Positions 26,196-36,319 are shown, counted from the stretch's first letter. The stretch is DNA of 50,307 bases from a bacterium (GCA_021809325.1 JAKBAE010000002.1:1-50307), one strand, 5' to 3'. Program-made: numbers and translations. The notes: generated by a model from the sequence alone, not told the origin.

Positions 26196-28043
26196 TTATC
26201 TTTGGCGATAGGAGGCAAAAAAGGTCAATGCGCCGCTAAAGAGGATAAAGAAGAGAAGGCTGAGCGAGTCGGGAAGAAGTGCCTCAGTGTGAAGGGGGAT
26301 AACTTGCGAGATGGTCAAAAGGGCCACCAAAATGCCGGTGAAAGCATCTCCGCCGATCAGTCCGGAAGAGAGGAGGATCCCTCTTTCTTGAGCGGCTTCG
26401 CTCGAGCGTCTGCGGTTGACAAACGCTCTAGCGAGGCCGCCTAGAACGGTTGCGGTTGTAATAGAGAGTGGGAGGTATAGCCCAAGTGCAAAGGGCAGAA
26501 TGGGAATTTGTAAGATAATCAGAGCGATTCCGATGAGAACGCCGATGCCGACGAGCGCGTAAGGGAGATTCCCTCCAATAACGCCTTCCACGATGATCGC
26601 CATCAAAGTTGCCTGCGGAGCGGGCATTTCCGGAGAGCCGATCTTATAGGCAGCATTCAGGATATAGAGCGTATAACCGAGTACGATAGCCGGGACGATG
26701 ATGCCGATGATCTCCGCGATCTGCTGATGCTGGGGTGTGGCGCCAAGAATATAGCCCGTCTTTAAATCTTGCGAGGTCGTTCCGGCCAGGGTAATTGCAA
26801 CGCAAGAGACGCATCCCATCGTGATGGCCGAGATCATATAGATCCTTTCCGTCCAACCCAAAAGGACGAAAATGATGCAGGTTAGAAACATCGTGGTAAT
26901 GACCATTCCGGAGACGGGATTTGCTGAAGTGCCGACAAGGCCTACCGTAAAGGAAGTGACTGCTACAAAGAAAAAGCTGAGGATCGTCAAGAGGACGATG
27001 GTGAAAAAGTTCATGGGCATTCCCGGGAAAAGCCAGAGGGTCAGGATAACTGCAACGGAGCCGAAGGTCAGCCAGGTTAGGGGGATGTCTTTATCTGTTC
27101 TGTTTTTATGAAGTTTGACAGCCTCGCCGGTAAAGAGCTCTTTGAGGGTCAAGTGCACTGTTTTAAAGATGAGGGGCAGGACGCGGAACAGACCGAGCAA
27201 GCCTCCCACCGTAAGAGTTCCGGCGCCAATATAGCGTACGTAGCCGCTCCAGATCTCATTTGCCGTCATTTCAGAAACAGGGATAGAAGAAGGATAGATT
27301 GAAGTAATTCCGAGGCCGAAAATCTTGATCAAGGGAATGATGACCCACCAGGCTGTTATCCCGCCGGCAAACATCATCCCCGAAATTCTCGGGCCGATGA
27401 TATATCCGACGCCGAGAAGCGCCGGCGTTGTATCGATGCTGAATACCGCTTTGCGAAAAAATGAGACAGTCCAGCTCGGAGTTTCGTTCCAAAGAAAAAG
27501 GGCGTTGCTGCAAATTTTATAGAGTCCTGCCGCAAGCGCTCCCCAAAGGGCCATGATGGCGGAGCTTATATTTTTTTCTCCTGCTTTTAAAATCTCAGCG
27601 CAAGCGACCCCTTCCGGAAAAGGAAGCTTGCCGTGCTCTTCAACGATGATGAAGCGGCGCATGGGGATCATAAAAAGGATGCCGAGAATGCCGCCGAGCA
27701 AGGAGAGTAGAAAAATTCTTCCGACGGACGGTTCTTCATTAAAAAAGAAGAGGGCGGGAATGGTAAATGCGATCCCGGCTGCCAAAGTCTCTCCAATTGT
27801 AGAGATCGTCTGAACGGTATTATGCTCCAAAATGGAGGCTTTGCGGGTAAAGATCTTCATGATCCCCATGGACATAAGCGCTGCCGGAATAGAGGCTGAA
27901 ACGGTTTGTCCAATTTTAAGGGCGAGATAGGCATTTGCCACTGCAAAAAGAAAGCCGAAGAAGATCCCTAAAATAATTGCGCGAAGGGTAAGCTCGTTCG
28001 GGTTCCTTCTTGCGGGAATATGCGGGTGGAATGGCTCCTTCAT
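26196..28043 (-). CDS. OPT-family oligopeptide transporter
   Basis: 615 aa and highly hydrophobic (about 16 TM). The N-terminal blocks ELTLRAIILGI..FAVANAYLALKIGQTVSASIPAA are typical of bacterial OPT proteins. Confidence 0.9.
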   Translation of the reverse strand: MKEPFHPHIPARRNPNELTLRAIILGIFFGFLFAVANAYLALKIGQTVSASIPAALMSMGIMKIFTRKASILEHNTVQTISTIGETLAAGIAFTIPALFFFNEEPSVGRIFLLSLLGGILGILFMIPMRRFIIVEEHGKLPFPEGVACAEILKAGEKNISSAIMALWGALAAGLYKICSNALFLWNETPSWTVSFFRKAVFSIDTTPALLGVGYIIGPRISGMMFAGGITAWWVIIPLIKIFGLGITSIYPSSIPVSEMTANEIWSGYVRYIGAGTLTVGGLLGLFRVLPLIFKTVHLTLKELFTGEAVKLHKNRTDKDIPLTWLTFGSVAVILTLWLFPGMPMNFFTIVLLTILSFFFVAVTSFTVGLVGTSANPVSGMVITTMFLTCIIFVLLGWTERIYMISAITMGCVSCVAITLAGTTSQDLKTGYILGATPQHQQIAEIIGIIVPAIVLGYTLYILNAAYKIGSPEMPAPQATLMAIIVEGVIGGNLPYALVGIGVLIGIALIILQIPILPFALGLYLPLSITTATVLGGLARAFVNRRRSSEAAQERGILLSSGLIGGDAFTGILVALLTISQVIPLHTEALLPDSLSLLFFILFSGALTFFASYRQR

Positions 28044-28082
28044 TACAAGTTTTTATGAATGATAGGTTGATTTTAAGCAATA

Positions 28083-28511
28083 TCAGACGAGTTGGATCAA
28101 AAGCAGATACTCATAGAGCGAATCCTCTATACGTATTTTGAGTTTATAGAGGCGGAAAATCTCGCCTTGATTTCCCTCCTTTTCACCCTTGCACTTTAAG
28201 GTAAACGAACGGTTGATGGTTTTGGGTTTAAGCCCCCGAAGGTGCAGCTTAGTATCTGAAAGGGGAAATGTTTTGGTGCCCTTTTCCTTTTCGGGAAGCG
28301 CTTTCCAAGGGATCGATTGCCGTAAAAGCGTTTCCTTGATCTCTGAATAGGTCCAGTCTGCGATACGTTGTTTTTCCAATTTTTCAAAATATTCGACTTG
28401 AGCTTTGTAATGGTGGATTGGCAGACGCATCAGCAAGGGTGCAAATACGATAAGTATCGAAATGGCGATCAGTGCTTCGAGGAGAAGAAATGAAAATTTT
28501 TTTTGTTTCAT
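28083..28511 (-). CDS. Pseudopilin-like protein (degenerate prepilin-type N-terminus)
   Basis: MKQKKFS-FLLLEALIAISILIV: a basic leader, then a hydrophobic helix with Glu at +5. The protein is small (142 aa). Confidence 0.6.
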   Translation of the reverse strand: MKQKKFSFLLLEALIAISILIVFAPLLMRLPIHHYKAQVEYFEKLEKQRIADWTYSEIKETLLRQSIPWKALPEKEKGTKTFPLSDTKLHLRGLKPKTINRSFTLKCKGEKEGNQGEIFRLYKLKIRIEDSLYEYLLLIQLV

Positions 28512-28599
28512 AACTACGCTCAGCCATTTTATGCTCTTGGTTTATTTTAATAAAATGTTTTGCGAAAAATAGTTCGAATTGGGCATCATACGTTATGTA

Positions 28600-29559
28600 A
28601 TGGAATTGCAGACAAAAGCACTATACAATCTTTTACGGCTCAATTATGCACAGGACCCATCTCTGCCATGCGAAGAATGGCAGGTTGAAGATCTGCGGCC
28701 GGTTCCTATAGATGCCCTCTTTAAGAGGCTCAAGGATGCAGGGCTTCTGATGGATTTGGCAGCTTTTCATCGCTATGCTGAAGAGAGCGATTCTCCGGAG
28801 AGCTTGGCGGAGCTGCTTTTAGTTGATCTCGAAGAGCCTGAAATTTACGATCGTCTCTATTTGGTCCTCTTTGAGATCTGGAGGCGGCTTCTTCCTGAAA
28901 AGCAATCCTTATCCATTTTTTGCGATGAGCTGGACCATCAGATTTGGCTCTTTGATGCCGGCAAATTAGATAGCGACGAGCCGATTCAAGACGCTTTGGC
29001 CAATTTGATTGAAATTCTAGAGGAAAATGTCGACGCAGGAGCAAAACCTGTTGAGGTTTTTGCAACAATGGGGAGCTATTCCTCACAAGATCTATTTAGT
29101 TTTTTAGTGGACTACATTTCCGAGCTCCTCGATGGCGATAACGAGCTTTATGCGGCCGAGTTGATCGAACATTTTTCTCCTTATGTTCTCGACGATGGGT
29201 GGTTTGCTCTTCTGCGCATTCGGCTCCTGGCCTTTACCGATCCCGTCAAAGCGAACCAGCAGCTGGCAGCTCTTTTTGAAAAAAAAGATCTGAGCCTCGA
29301 TCTTTTGCTTGAAGCGCTCCGTTTCATTGTAGTGTTTGGGGAAAAGCCGCTGTTTTTGACGGCGATCCGTTTGTCTTTGCCCTTATTAGAGACGCGGGAA
29401 GAGTTTGAGGAGCTGCTTACCTTTTGTGCTGATTATTTCCGCAGGCGCGATCGAGAGGACCTCGAACTTGAGACATCCAAGCTTCTAAAGAGGGCCTCCC
29501 CGTTTTCATTGAATGAAGCGCAAAAATTTGAAAAGCTTCTGCAAGTCCAGTTAAAATAG
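28600..29559 (+). CDS. Acidic, helical hypothetical protein
   Basis: Long ORF with a coherent Leu/Glu/Asp-rich helical composition. The ATG at 28600 is preferred over the upstream TTG. I recognise no family. Confidence 0.65.
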   Translation: MELQTKALYNLLRLNYAQDPSLPCEEWQVEDLRPVPIDALFKRLKDAGLLMDLAAFHRYAEESDSPESLAELLLVDLEEPEIYDRLYLVLFEIWRRLLPEKQSLSIFCDELDHQIWLFDAGKLDSDEPIQDALANLIEILEENVDAGAKPVEVFATMGSYSSQDLFSFLVDYISELLDGDNELYAAELIEHFSPYVLDDGWFALLRIRLLAFTDPVKANQQLAALFEKKDLSLDLLLEALRFIVVFGEKPLFLTAIRLSLPLLETREEFEELLTFCADYFRRRDREDLELETSKLLKRASPFSLNEAQKFEKLLQVQLK

Positions 29560-30303
29560 TAAAATAGGTTTAAAGCGGAGATAGTCGGCCGAGGCCAAGA
29601 CATAGCGTACTCCTCTAGCTTCGCCAAAAAGGGAAATGCCGGCTTTGATATTATGCAGGTGCCCAAAGACGCAGATCCCCACGCCGTGCTTTTCCAAGAT
29701 TTGAGAGGCGCGCGAGGGTTCAAGGTTTGATCCGATTGGGGGATAGTGGGTCATTGCGATCCGCACCTTAACGTCCGTGGGAAACTGGGACAGGCTCATC
29801 TCAAGGCGAAGCAGCTCTCTTTCAAAGATTTTTTCGCTTAAATCTTCTTGCGCCGCATCTTCGGGCCCGCTCTTTTTTTGCCGGGGGTTTTCCCGAAATT
29901 CGATAAACGAGTTAAAGGAATACTCTTCCGAATCCCAGAGACGGGTCCCGCCAATCGCCACGTCTTTCCATCGAAAGACGTTGTTTTGGACCAGGTGGAG
30001 CGAGGGAGGAAGAAGAGTTGCGATTTTTTTTAGCGAGCCCCACCAAAAATCGTGATTTCCCTTGAGCAGCACCTTTGTCCCTGGAAGCTTCTCAATCCAT
30101 TCCAGATCGGGAAGCGCCTCTTCAGGGCGCATGGCCCAAGAGATATCTCCGGGGATTAGGACAAGATCTTCTGCATGGATCAGCGATTTCCAAGACTCTG
30201 CAATTTGGTCGGCGTGCTTTTCCCACTCGGGTCCAAATACGTCCATGCTTTTATTCGGTGTGCCAAAACTCAAATGCAAATCGGCGATAGCCCAAATTCT
30301 CAT
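29551..30303 (-). CDS. Calcineurin-like metallophosphoesterase
   Basis: Motifs ADLHL, GDISW, GNHDFWW and FGHLH. The gene shares an ATGA overlap with glgC. Confidence 0.88.
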   Translation of the reverse strand: MRIWAIADLHLSFGTPNKSMDVFGPEWEKHADQIAESWKSLIHAEDLVLIPGDISWAMRPEEALPDLEWIEKLPGTKVLLKGNHDFWWGSLKKIATLLPPSLHLVQNNVFRWKDVAIGGTRLWDSEEYSFNSFIEFRENPRQKKSGPEDAAQEDLSEKIFERELLRLEMSLSQFPTDVKVRIAMTHYPPIGSNLEPSRASQILEKHGVGICVFGHLHNIKAGISLFGEARGVRYVLASADYLRFKPILLF

Positions 30304-31532
30304 AATGTGAAACGATCCTGCAATATTGTGGCGGCAGTCACAATGATGATGCCGTCCCGGATAAAGACCCCATCCCCGTCAAAATTTTGCCTGCCCGATG
30401 AGTTTATCAATATAACATTGTTTCCAATGTGCACATTTTCATCAATGATCGCCCCCTCAATTCGGCAGCTTTCGCCGCACTCGGAGTGGCCAAGAAAAAG
30501 GGTGTTTCGAAGGACCGTCCCCTTCCTAATCTCAGATCGCATGCCGATGACGCAGCGCTCAATTTCGGCGGCATCAATGCGGCATCCGTCGCAGAGAATC
30601 GAGTTGCGGATGGCGGCAGCTTTGATTTGAGGGCCGGGAAGAAAGGATTGCTTAGTATAGATCGGTTTTTCTTCATCATAGAGATCGACGCCGCCTTTGG
30701 ATGTAAGGAGAAGGTTTGCCTGGTAGTAGGATTCAACGGTGCCGATATCTTCCCAATACCCGTTATAGATATAGGAAGCGGTTTTCCATTTTTGCAAGGC
30801 ATTAGCAAGGAGGTGGCGGCCAAAATCCGTTCTCGGATCGCTTTCTAATAGCTTTTTGAGGACATCTCTTTTGAAAAGGTAGATCCCCATGTTTGCCAAG
30901 AGATGCGGCTCTTTCGGGACTGCCTGTCCGATGCGCTGAAAAAAAATCTCAGGAAGATGGAGATGATGCAAATCCGGCCCCTGCTTCGGTTTCTCAATGA
31001 ACTCTTTTACTAAGCTTTGCTCATCCACTCGGAGGATGCCGAAGCGCTCCGAAGTGGAGTGGTGGACTGGAGTTGCTGCGATTGTAATATCTGCCTCCAT
31101 CTCTTCTGCAAAGGCTGCCATTTTACCGAAATCGATATGATAGAGTTGATCTCCCGATAGGATGAGAAAATAAAAAGCATCTGTTTTGAAAAGAGTTGGG
31201 AGGGTTTTTCGCACGGCATCGGCTGTCCCCTCAAACCAGATTTTTTCCCCTTTTTCATTTTCTTCCGGAGTCAAAACGTCGATCGATCCGCTTTGGAACA
31301 TGCCAAGGCGATAGGTTTGGCTGATATGGTGCTGCAATTCGCTTGAGAGATATTGGGCCAGGATATGGATCTGCGTAAAATTGGCATGGATTGAATTGGA
31401 GATGGGAACATCGATCAGCCGGTAGCGGCCGCCAAAAGAGATGGCAGGCTTGCTATGATGCAAAGTGAGGGGCCGAAGGCGGGTGCCTTTCCCTCCGGCG
31501 AGGATGACGGTTGCAACTTGTGAGGGGTCCAT
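30300..31532 (-). CDS. glgC: Glucose-1-phosphate adenylyltransferase
   Basis: ILAGGKGTRLRPLT, FGGRYRLIDVPISN, GTADAV, and a C-terminal left-handed beta-helix region. Confidence 0.93.
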   Translation of the reverse strand: MDPSQVATVILAGGKGTRLRPLTLHHSKPAISFGGRYRLIDVPISNSIHANFTQIHILAQYLSSELQHHISQTYRLGMFQSGSIDVLTPEENEKGEKIWFEGTADAVRKTLPTLFKTDAFYFLILSGDQLYHIDFGKMAAFAEEMEADITIAATPVHHSTSERFGILRVDEQSLVKEFIEKPKQGPDLHHLHLPEIFFQRIGQAVPKEPHLLANMGIYLFKRDVLKKLLESDPRTDFGRHLLANALQKWKTASYIYNGYWEDIGTVESYYQANLLLTSKGGVDLYDEEKPIYTKQSFLPGPQIKAAAIRNSILCDGCRIDAAEIERCVIGMRSEIRKGTVLRNTLFLGHSECGESCRIEGAIIDENVHIGNNVILINSSGRQNFDGDGVFIRDGIIIVTAATILQDRFTL

Positions 31533-31577
31533 TGATTTGCAACATAGAAATAGACAGTATTATTTTCGATGAAATCT

Positions 31578-32513
31578 TCATGTCGACACAATCGCTTGTT
31601 TGCCAGGTACAAAAAGATTGGCATTGTAACTCGATCTGACAAAAGGTCCTGAATACATATGGCGCACGCCAAGAGAGAGGCCGTATTCTTCAAATGCTTT
31701 AAACTGCTCGGGAGTGACGAATTCTTTGACGCGTAGTTTGCGCTGGCTGGCTTGCAGGTACTGGCCAAGGGTAATGACATCGCATCCTGCATCAAATAGA
31801 TCGCGGATCGTCTCTTTTACCTCTTCTTCTTGCTCTCCAAAACCGAGCATCATTCCCGATTTCACATAGAGCGCTTGTCCGGATTGTTTGGCGATGCGAA
31901 GAACCGAAAGGGATCTGTCGTATTGCGCTTTGTGGCGGATGCGTCCGGTGAGGGAGCGGACGGTTTCGATGTTGTGGTTAAAGATCTCGGGTTTTTCTTT
32001 CAAAATAATATCTAAAAGCCAAGGATGCCCCGAAAAGTCGGAAGTGAGCAGCTCGACGGTTGTGTCAGGGTTTTCCTGGCGTACAGCGCGGACGATTGCT
32101 GCAATGTGCGAGGCGCCCTGATCGGGCAAATCGTCTCTTGCGACCATGGTGATGACGACGTGTTTGAGTCCCAGGTCTTTGACGGAAAGGGCGATTCGGT
32201 TTGGCTCATCGGCTTGGGGGGCGCGTGGGGTTTTTGAGAAATCGATATCGCAAAAGCCGCAATTGCGCGTACAGCTTTTGCCGAGCGCTAAAAAGGTCGC
32301 CGTCCGTTTGGAGTAGCATTCGAGGCGGTTTGGACATTTCGCCTCTTCGCAGACGGTGCTGAGGCCGTGCTTAGCCAGAATTTTGTTTGTCCGAAAGATC
32401 TCGCCTCCCTGCGGCAGTTTGCGATGGAGCCAGGAAGGAAAGCGGCCCGCCCCTACAGCCTTGCCTGGCGATGGCTTTTCGGGAGATGGGGGGAGGATGT
32501 TGAGCTTATTCAT
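31578..32513 (-). CDS. lipA: Lipoyl synthase
   Basis: CEEAKCPNRLEC and the radical SAM motif CTRNCGFCDI. The start at 32513 is chosen because its ATG overlaps the lpdA TGA (ATGA). The track ORF extends to 32621. Confidence 0.94.
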   Translation of the reverse strand: MNKLNILPPSPEKPSPGKAVGAGRFPSWLHRKLPQGGEIFRTNKILAKHGLSTVCEEAKCPNRLECYSKRTATFLALGKSCTRNCGFCDIDFSKTPRAPQADEPNRIALSVKDLGLKHVVITMVARDDLPDQGASHIAAIVRAVRQENPDTTVELLTSDFSGHPWLLDIILKEKPEIFNHNIETVRSLTGRIRHKAQYDRSLSVLRIAKQSGQALYVKSGMMLGFGEQEEEVKETIRDLFDAGCDVITLGQYLQASQRKLRVKEFVTPEQFKAFEEYGLSLGVRHMYSGPFVRSSYNANLFVPGKQAIVST

Positions 32514-33913
32514 TTTTTGATCCTTGGAGGGAAGTGGATCGGCGAATCGTTTGCGATCAGCGCCGCCTCTAGCCAGCTTTCTGCGAGAGTAGGATGGGCA
32601 TGGATCGTCTCTATAATGCACTCTAGCGTCAGCTCGTTTTGGATTGCAAGGGCCATCTCTGCGATCAAATTCGAAGCCTCATGGCCGATAGCCTGGGCGC
32701 CGAGGATTTGCTTTGTTTTTCGATCGGAGATGATTTGGGTAAATCCCTCGGTATGCATCTCGGCCTGCGCCTTTCCAAGGGCTTGGAAAGGGTATTGGCC
32801 GACAACCGGGTCGAAGCCGGCAGCTTTGGCCGCTTCTTGCGTCAGGCCGACGGTGGCGATTTCAGGGGAGGTGAAGACGACGGCGGGAACCGCTTCATAG
32901 TGGATTTGCAGTGGCGCTCCGGCTGCATTTGAAGCGGCGACGATACCTTGATGGGAAGCTACGTGTGCGAGCATCCACTTTCCCGTTACATCGCCAATGG
33001 CGTAAATGTCCGGCACCTGCGTTTGCATGCGGCTGTTTGTTTCGATAGCGCCCTTGTCATTTACTGAGAGGCCGGCCTTGTCTAGGCCGAGGTGTTCGGT
33101 GTAAATTTTGCGCCCGACAGAGACGAGAGCTAGGTCCGCGTCGAATTGATGGCCGTCTCCCAATGTCACCTGGACATGGGTCTTTTTATTTTCGATTGTT
33201 TTCACGGCGACGTTTGTTTTGATTTCAATGCCCCGCGCTTGGAGGGCCTTTGTCATAAACGTTGCGATTTGCGCTCCTTGCGCAGTTAGGATCGTGGGCA
33301 GCGCTTCGAGGATGGTGACTTTCACACCGAGTTCGGCGAAAAGAGAAGCGAACTCGCATCCGATGTAGCCTCCACCGACAATGGCCAAGCTTTTAGGCAG
33401 CCGGGTGATCTCCAAGATAGAGGTGGAGTTAAGGATCCGGTCGTGATCGCATGGAAACGCCTTGATGTCGAGAGGGACGGATCCCGTGGCGATGATGATC
33501 TTTTCTGAGGAGAGGAAGAGGTTGTCTTCTCCTGCGATTTTCAGCTCGTAGGGGGATTGGAAAGATGCTGCGCCCCGGTAGATTGTGATTCGGTTGCTTT
33601 TGATCAGTCCTTCGAGAGAGGAGCGGATTTTAGAGACGACAGCGTCTTTGCGCTCTTTCATCTGGGCGTAGTCGAAAGAGACATTCCCGACAGAGATGCC
33701 AAAATCTTTTGCGTGGCGGATTCGATCCAAGATGCCTGCGTTTGCCAAAAGAGTTTTCGTCGGGATGCAGCCGACGTTGAGGCAGCACCCGCCGAGAGGC
33801 CCCTTGTCGATGAGGGCAACTGATTTCCCCATTTGGGCAGCCTTGATCGCGGCGACATAGCCCCCGGGCCCTGCTCCGATTACAGCAATATCGTGTTTTT
33901 TCCTGTCGGTCAT
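32510..33913 (-). CDS. lpdA: Dihydrolipoyl dehydrogenase (E3)
   Basis: VIGAGPGGYVAAIKAAQ (FAD binding), the redox-active GGCCLNVGCIPTK, and the C-terminal HAHPTLAE. Confidence 0.96.
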   Translation of the reverse strand: MTDRKKHDIAVIGAGPGGYVAAIKAAQMGKSVALIDKGPLGGCCLNVGCIPTKTLLANAGILDRIRHAKDFGISVGNVSFDYAQMKERKDAVVSKIRSSLEGLIKSNRITIYRGAASFQSPYELKIAGEDNLFLSSEKIIIATGSVPLDIKAFPCDHDRILNSTSILEITRLPKSLAIVGGGYIGCEFASLFAELGVKVTILEALPTILTAQGAQIATFMTKALQARGIEIKTNVAVKTIENKKTHVQVTLGDGHQFDADLALVSVGRKIYTEHLGLDKAGLSVNDKGAIETNSRMQTQVPDIYAIGDVTGKWMLAHVASHQGIVAASNAAGAPLQIHYEAVPAVVFTSPEIATVGLTQEAAKAAGFDPVVGQYPFQALGKAQAEMHTEGFTQIISDRKTKQILGAQAIGHEASNLIAEMALAIQNELTLECIIETIHAHPTLAESWLEAALIANDSPIHFPPRIKK

Positions 33914-34011
33914 AATGGGCTCCCAAAAAAAATCTTTTAATAGATATTCATTTTACCCTAAACGAGAAAATCTTTCAGCCTGAAAACTTTTCTTCCATTT
34001 GTAGGTGATTC

Positions 34012-34040
34012 TTGAATCTCGCAAGTGGCAGGTGTATACT
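34012..34040 (+). promoter_or_regulatory. Candidate sigma-70-type promoter TTGAAT-N17-TATACT
   Basis: The -35 is at 34012-34017, the -10 at 34035-34040, and the spacer is 17 nt. The ATG of the downstream ORF is 8 nt after the -10, implying a leaderless or near-leaderless mRNA. Confidence 0.4.
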
Positions 34041-34047
34041 CGCGATC

Positions 34048-34488
34048 ATGAAGCTAAAAAAGCGTCAAAAGCTCTGCTCGAATTGCGAAGGGGATATCGA
34101 TCTCGATGTCATTGTTTGCCCTTATTGCGCTGCCGACCTCAGGGAAGAGAGGCCGGAAAGGGAGCCTCCCATGCGGCAAATGTCCCAATCTCTCTATCCG
34201 TCGCCCTACCCCATCAAAAATGAGAAAATTGAGTCCCCCGCTGTAGAAGAGGACCCTATTTTGCCCAAGGAAGAGGGTGCTGAGCCCAAAGAGCGCATTA
34301 TCGCCACTCTTGTGCCGATCCTTCTCTTTGCTTTGGGGGCTATGCTGGCCCTTTTAGGGGTTTTCCTTCTTGTTTTTTCTCATGGCGGCCAGGTCATCTT
34401 GAAGTGGGATGCCCGTTTTTGGTTACTCTATCTTTTCGCCTCGGTGCCCTTTCTCGTCTTTGGGTATCGCGCCATCTCCAAGCTATAA
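34048..34488 (+). CDS. Zinc-ribbon membrane protein (N-terminal CxxC...CxxC, two C-terminal TM helices)
   Basis: CSNCEGDIDLDVIVCPYCAADL, a Pro/Glu-rich linker, and two hydrophobic helices. Confidence 0.65.
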   Translation: MKLKKRQKLCSNCEGDIDLDVIVCPYCAADLREERPEREPPMRQMSQSLYPSPYPIKNEKIESPAVEEDPILPKEEGAEPKERIIATLVPILLFALGAMLALLGVFLLVFSHGGQVILKWDARFWLLYLFASVPFLVFGYRAISKL

Positions 34489-34673
34489 AGATTGTTTTTA
34501 TTTTGTCGATTTGATACCATACAAAGCCATGAGCCAAGATAGCAGCTACTATAGCTTCATCCTTCTTTCCGGCCTCCTTCTGCGCCCAGCGGCGCAATAA
34601 CACCTATTTTTCACTTTTAATTCTTATTAGGCGCCACAAAGAGTGGTAGGGTTTTTGTTATAAAAAGGAGTAT

Positions 34674-35903
34674 ATGAACTCGTCTTTTCCAATTTCACGC
34701 AAGATAGCCTGGGCAATCTGGTTGATCGCCTCGGTTTTCTATGCATACCAGTATGTTTTAAGAGTTATGCCGAGCATTTTGTTCGGCGAGATTATGAGTC
34801 AATTTCACATCGATGCTGCTACTTTTGGCCAATTTGCGGGGATCTATTATATCGGGTATTCCATCATGCATTTGCCAATCGGAATTTTATTGGATCGCTA
34901 TGGTCCCAGAAAAATCATGACCATCTGCATTCTCTTGACTGTCCTTGGGATGGCACCTCTAATTTTTGCAACTCATTGGTCGTTTCTTATTTTGGGCAGG
35001 CTTTTGATCGGAATGGGGTCATCTGCGGCAATTCTGGGTGTTTTTAAGGTCATCCGTTTAGCGTTTCGCGAAGAGAGGTTTTCAAGGATCTTGAGTTTGT
35101 CTGTGACAATTGGCCTGATCGGAGCGATTTATGGAGGAGGGCCGGTAGATTCTATGTACAGATCTTTTGGATATCAAGCTGTCATCTACTCGTTTGCAGC
35201 GGTGGGAGTTGGATTGGCGCTGGCGACTTACTGGATTGCCCCAAATCGGAAAGAGCCATCAGAGGCGCGGGCAATATCAAATATTAGAGAAGTGTTTGGC
35301 AACTCGAAGGTGCTGATGGCTTGTCTTTGTGCAGGGCTCATGGTGGGGCCTTTGGAGGGATTTGCGGATGTCTGGGGAACAGAGTTTCTAAAGCAAGTTT
35401 GGGATTTTGACGGCCCCGCTGCGGCCAAATTGCCTTCTCTCATTTATACTGGGATGTGTTTTGGCGCCCTCATACTCAATTTCATCTCTGAAAAGATTGG
35501 CAGTGATCTCCTCACAATCATTGGCGCGGGAGTAGCGATGGCAATTGCATTCATCTTACTTCTCTCTGCTCTGCCAACCCTAGTACTCAGCTTCAACTTT
35601 GTAATGATTGGCATTTGTTCGGCCTATCAGATTCTGGCGATCTATAAAGCATCTACTTATGTCCGGGCCCAGATAGCCGGTCTGACTACCGCGATTGCCA
35701 ATATGATCATCATGATCTTCGGGTTCATTTTTCATGTGGTTATTGGAAAAGTCGTAGAGGCTTTTGGAGGAGCCGGCTCTTCGGAAGCTCTTTTGCTTGG
35801 CATTGCGGTTATTCCTATAGCTCTCATGTTAGGAGTCAGCGGGTTTGCATTTTTGGCTTTTAAAGAACGAAAGGAATCAATTTTATCTAGGAGGAAAATA
35901 TGA
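34674..35903 (+). CDS. MFS transporter
   Basis: About 12 TM segments. LDRYGPRK is the MFS signature loop. A GGAG-containing SD lies upstream. Confidence 0.88.
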   Translation: MNSSFPISRKIAWAIWLIASVFYAYQYVLRVMPSILFGEIMSQFHIDAATFGQFAGIYYIGYSIMHLPIGILLDRYGPRKIMTICILLTVLGMAPLIFATHWSFLILGRLLIGMGSSAAILGVFKVIRLAFREERFSRILSLSVTIGLIGAIYGGGPVDSMYRSFGYQAVIYSFAAVGVGLALATYWIAPNRKEPSEARAISNIREVFGNSKVLMACLCAGLMVGPLEGFADVWGTEFLKQVWDFDGPAAAKLPSLIYTGMCFGALILNFISEKIGSDLLTIIGAGVAMAIAFILLLSALPTLVLSFNFVMIGICSAYQILAIYKASTYVRAQIAGLTTAIANMIIMIFGFIFHVVIGKVVEAFGGAGSSEALLLGIAVIPIALMLGVSGFAFLAFKERKESILSRRKI

Positions 35904-36319
35904 CAACACCGTTTTCAAATAAGTTAGTCGCTGTAATGAACGAAAAAATTGAACCGGGGATTATTATGAATGCCCTCGCCCATATGTGCATTGGATTCGG
36001 CTCCGAAGTTGGAAAAGAGCCTCTTCGCTTGTCAAACTATATCGATGCGGATGAAGGAAGCCATCCACATATTTCAGAGATGCCTTTCATGATTTTGAAG
36101 GCCAATTCGAATAAAATCCGGGGTTTAAGGCTTGCGGCTCAGGAAAGGGGCATTCGGTTTGTTAATTTTACAAATACGATGACGATTGGCACCTATGTAG
36201 AACAGCTAGAGAGGATGAAACAGACTAAGGAAGCTGATCTGATCTATTATGGCATCGTACTCTTTGGCGACTGGGAGATTGTGTCTGAGCTAACCAGAAA
36301 ATTTTCACTTTGGAAATGA
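35900..36319 (+). CDS. DUF2000-family protein (PTH2-like fold)
   Basis: KLVAVMNEKIEPGIIMNALAHMCIGFG matches the DUF2000 N-terminal pattern as I recall it. The gene shares an ATGA overlap with the MFS gene. Confidence 0.7.
   Translation: MTTPFSNKLVAVMNEKIEPGIIMNALAHMCIGFGSEVGKEPLRLSNYIDADEGSHPHISEMPFMILKANSNKIRGLRLAAQERGIRFVNFTNTMTIGTYVEQLERMKQTKEADLIYYGIVLFGDWEIVSELTRKFSLWK

Noticed and set aside
32367..32900. 177-aa plus-strand ORF
   Set aside because: It is antisense to the lipA/lpdA junction, and both sense genes are strongly supported.
34529..34600. 23-codon hydrophobic mini-ORF (MSQDSSYYSFILLSGLLLRPAAQ) in the spacer upstream of the MFS gene
   Set aside because: There is no Shine-Dalgarno sequence and no supporting feature. 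It is indistinguishable from chance.
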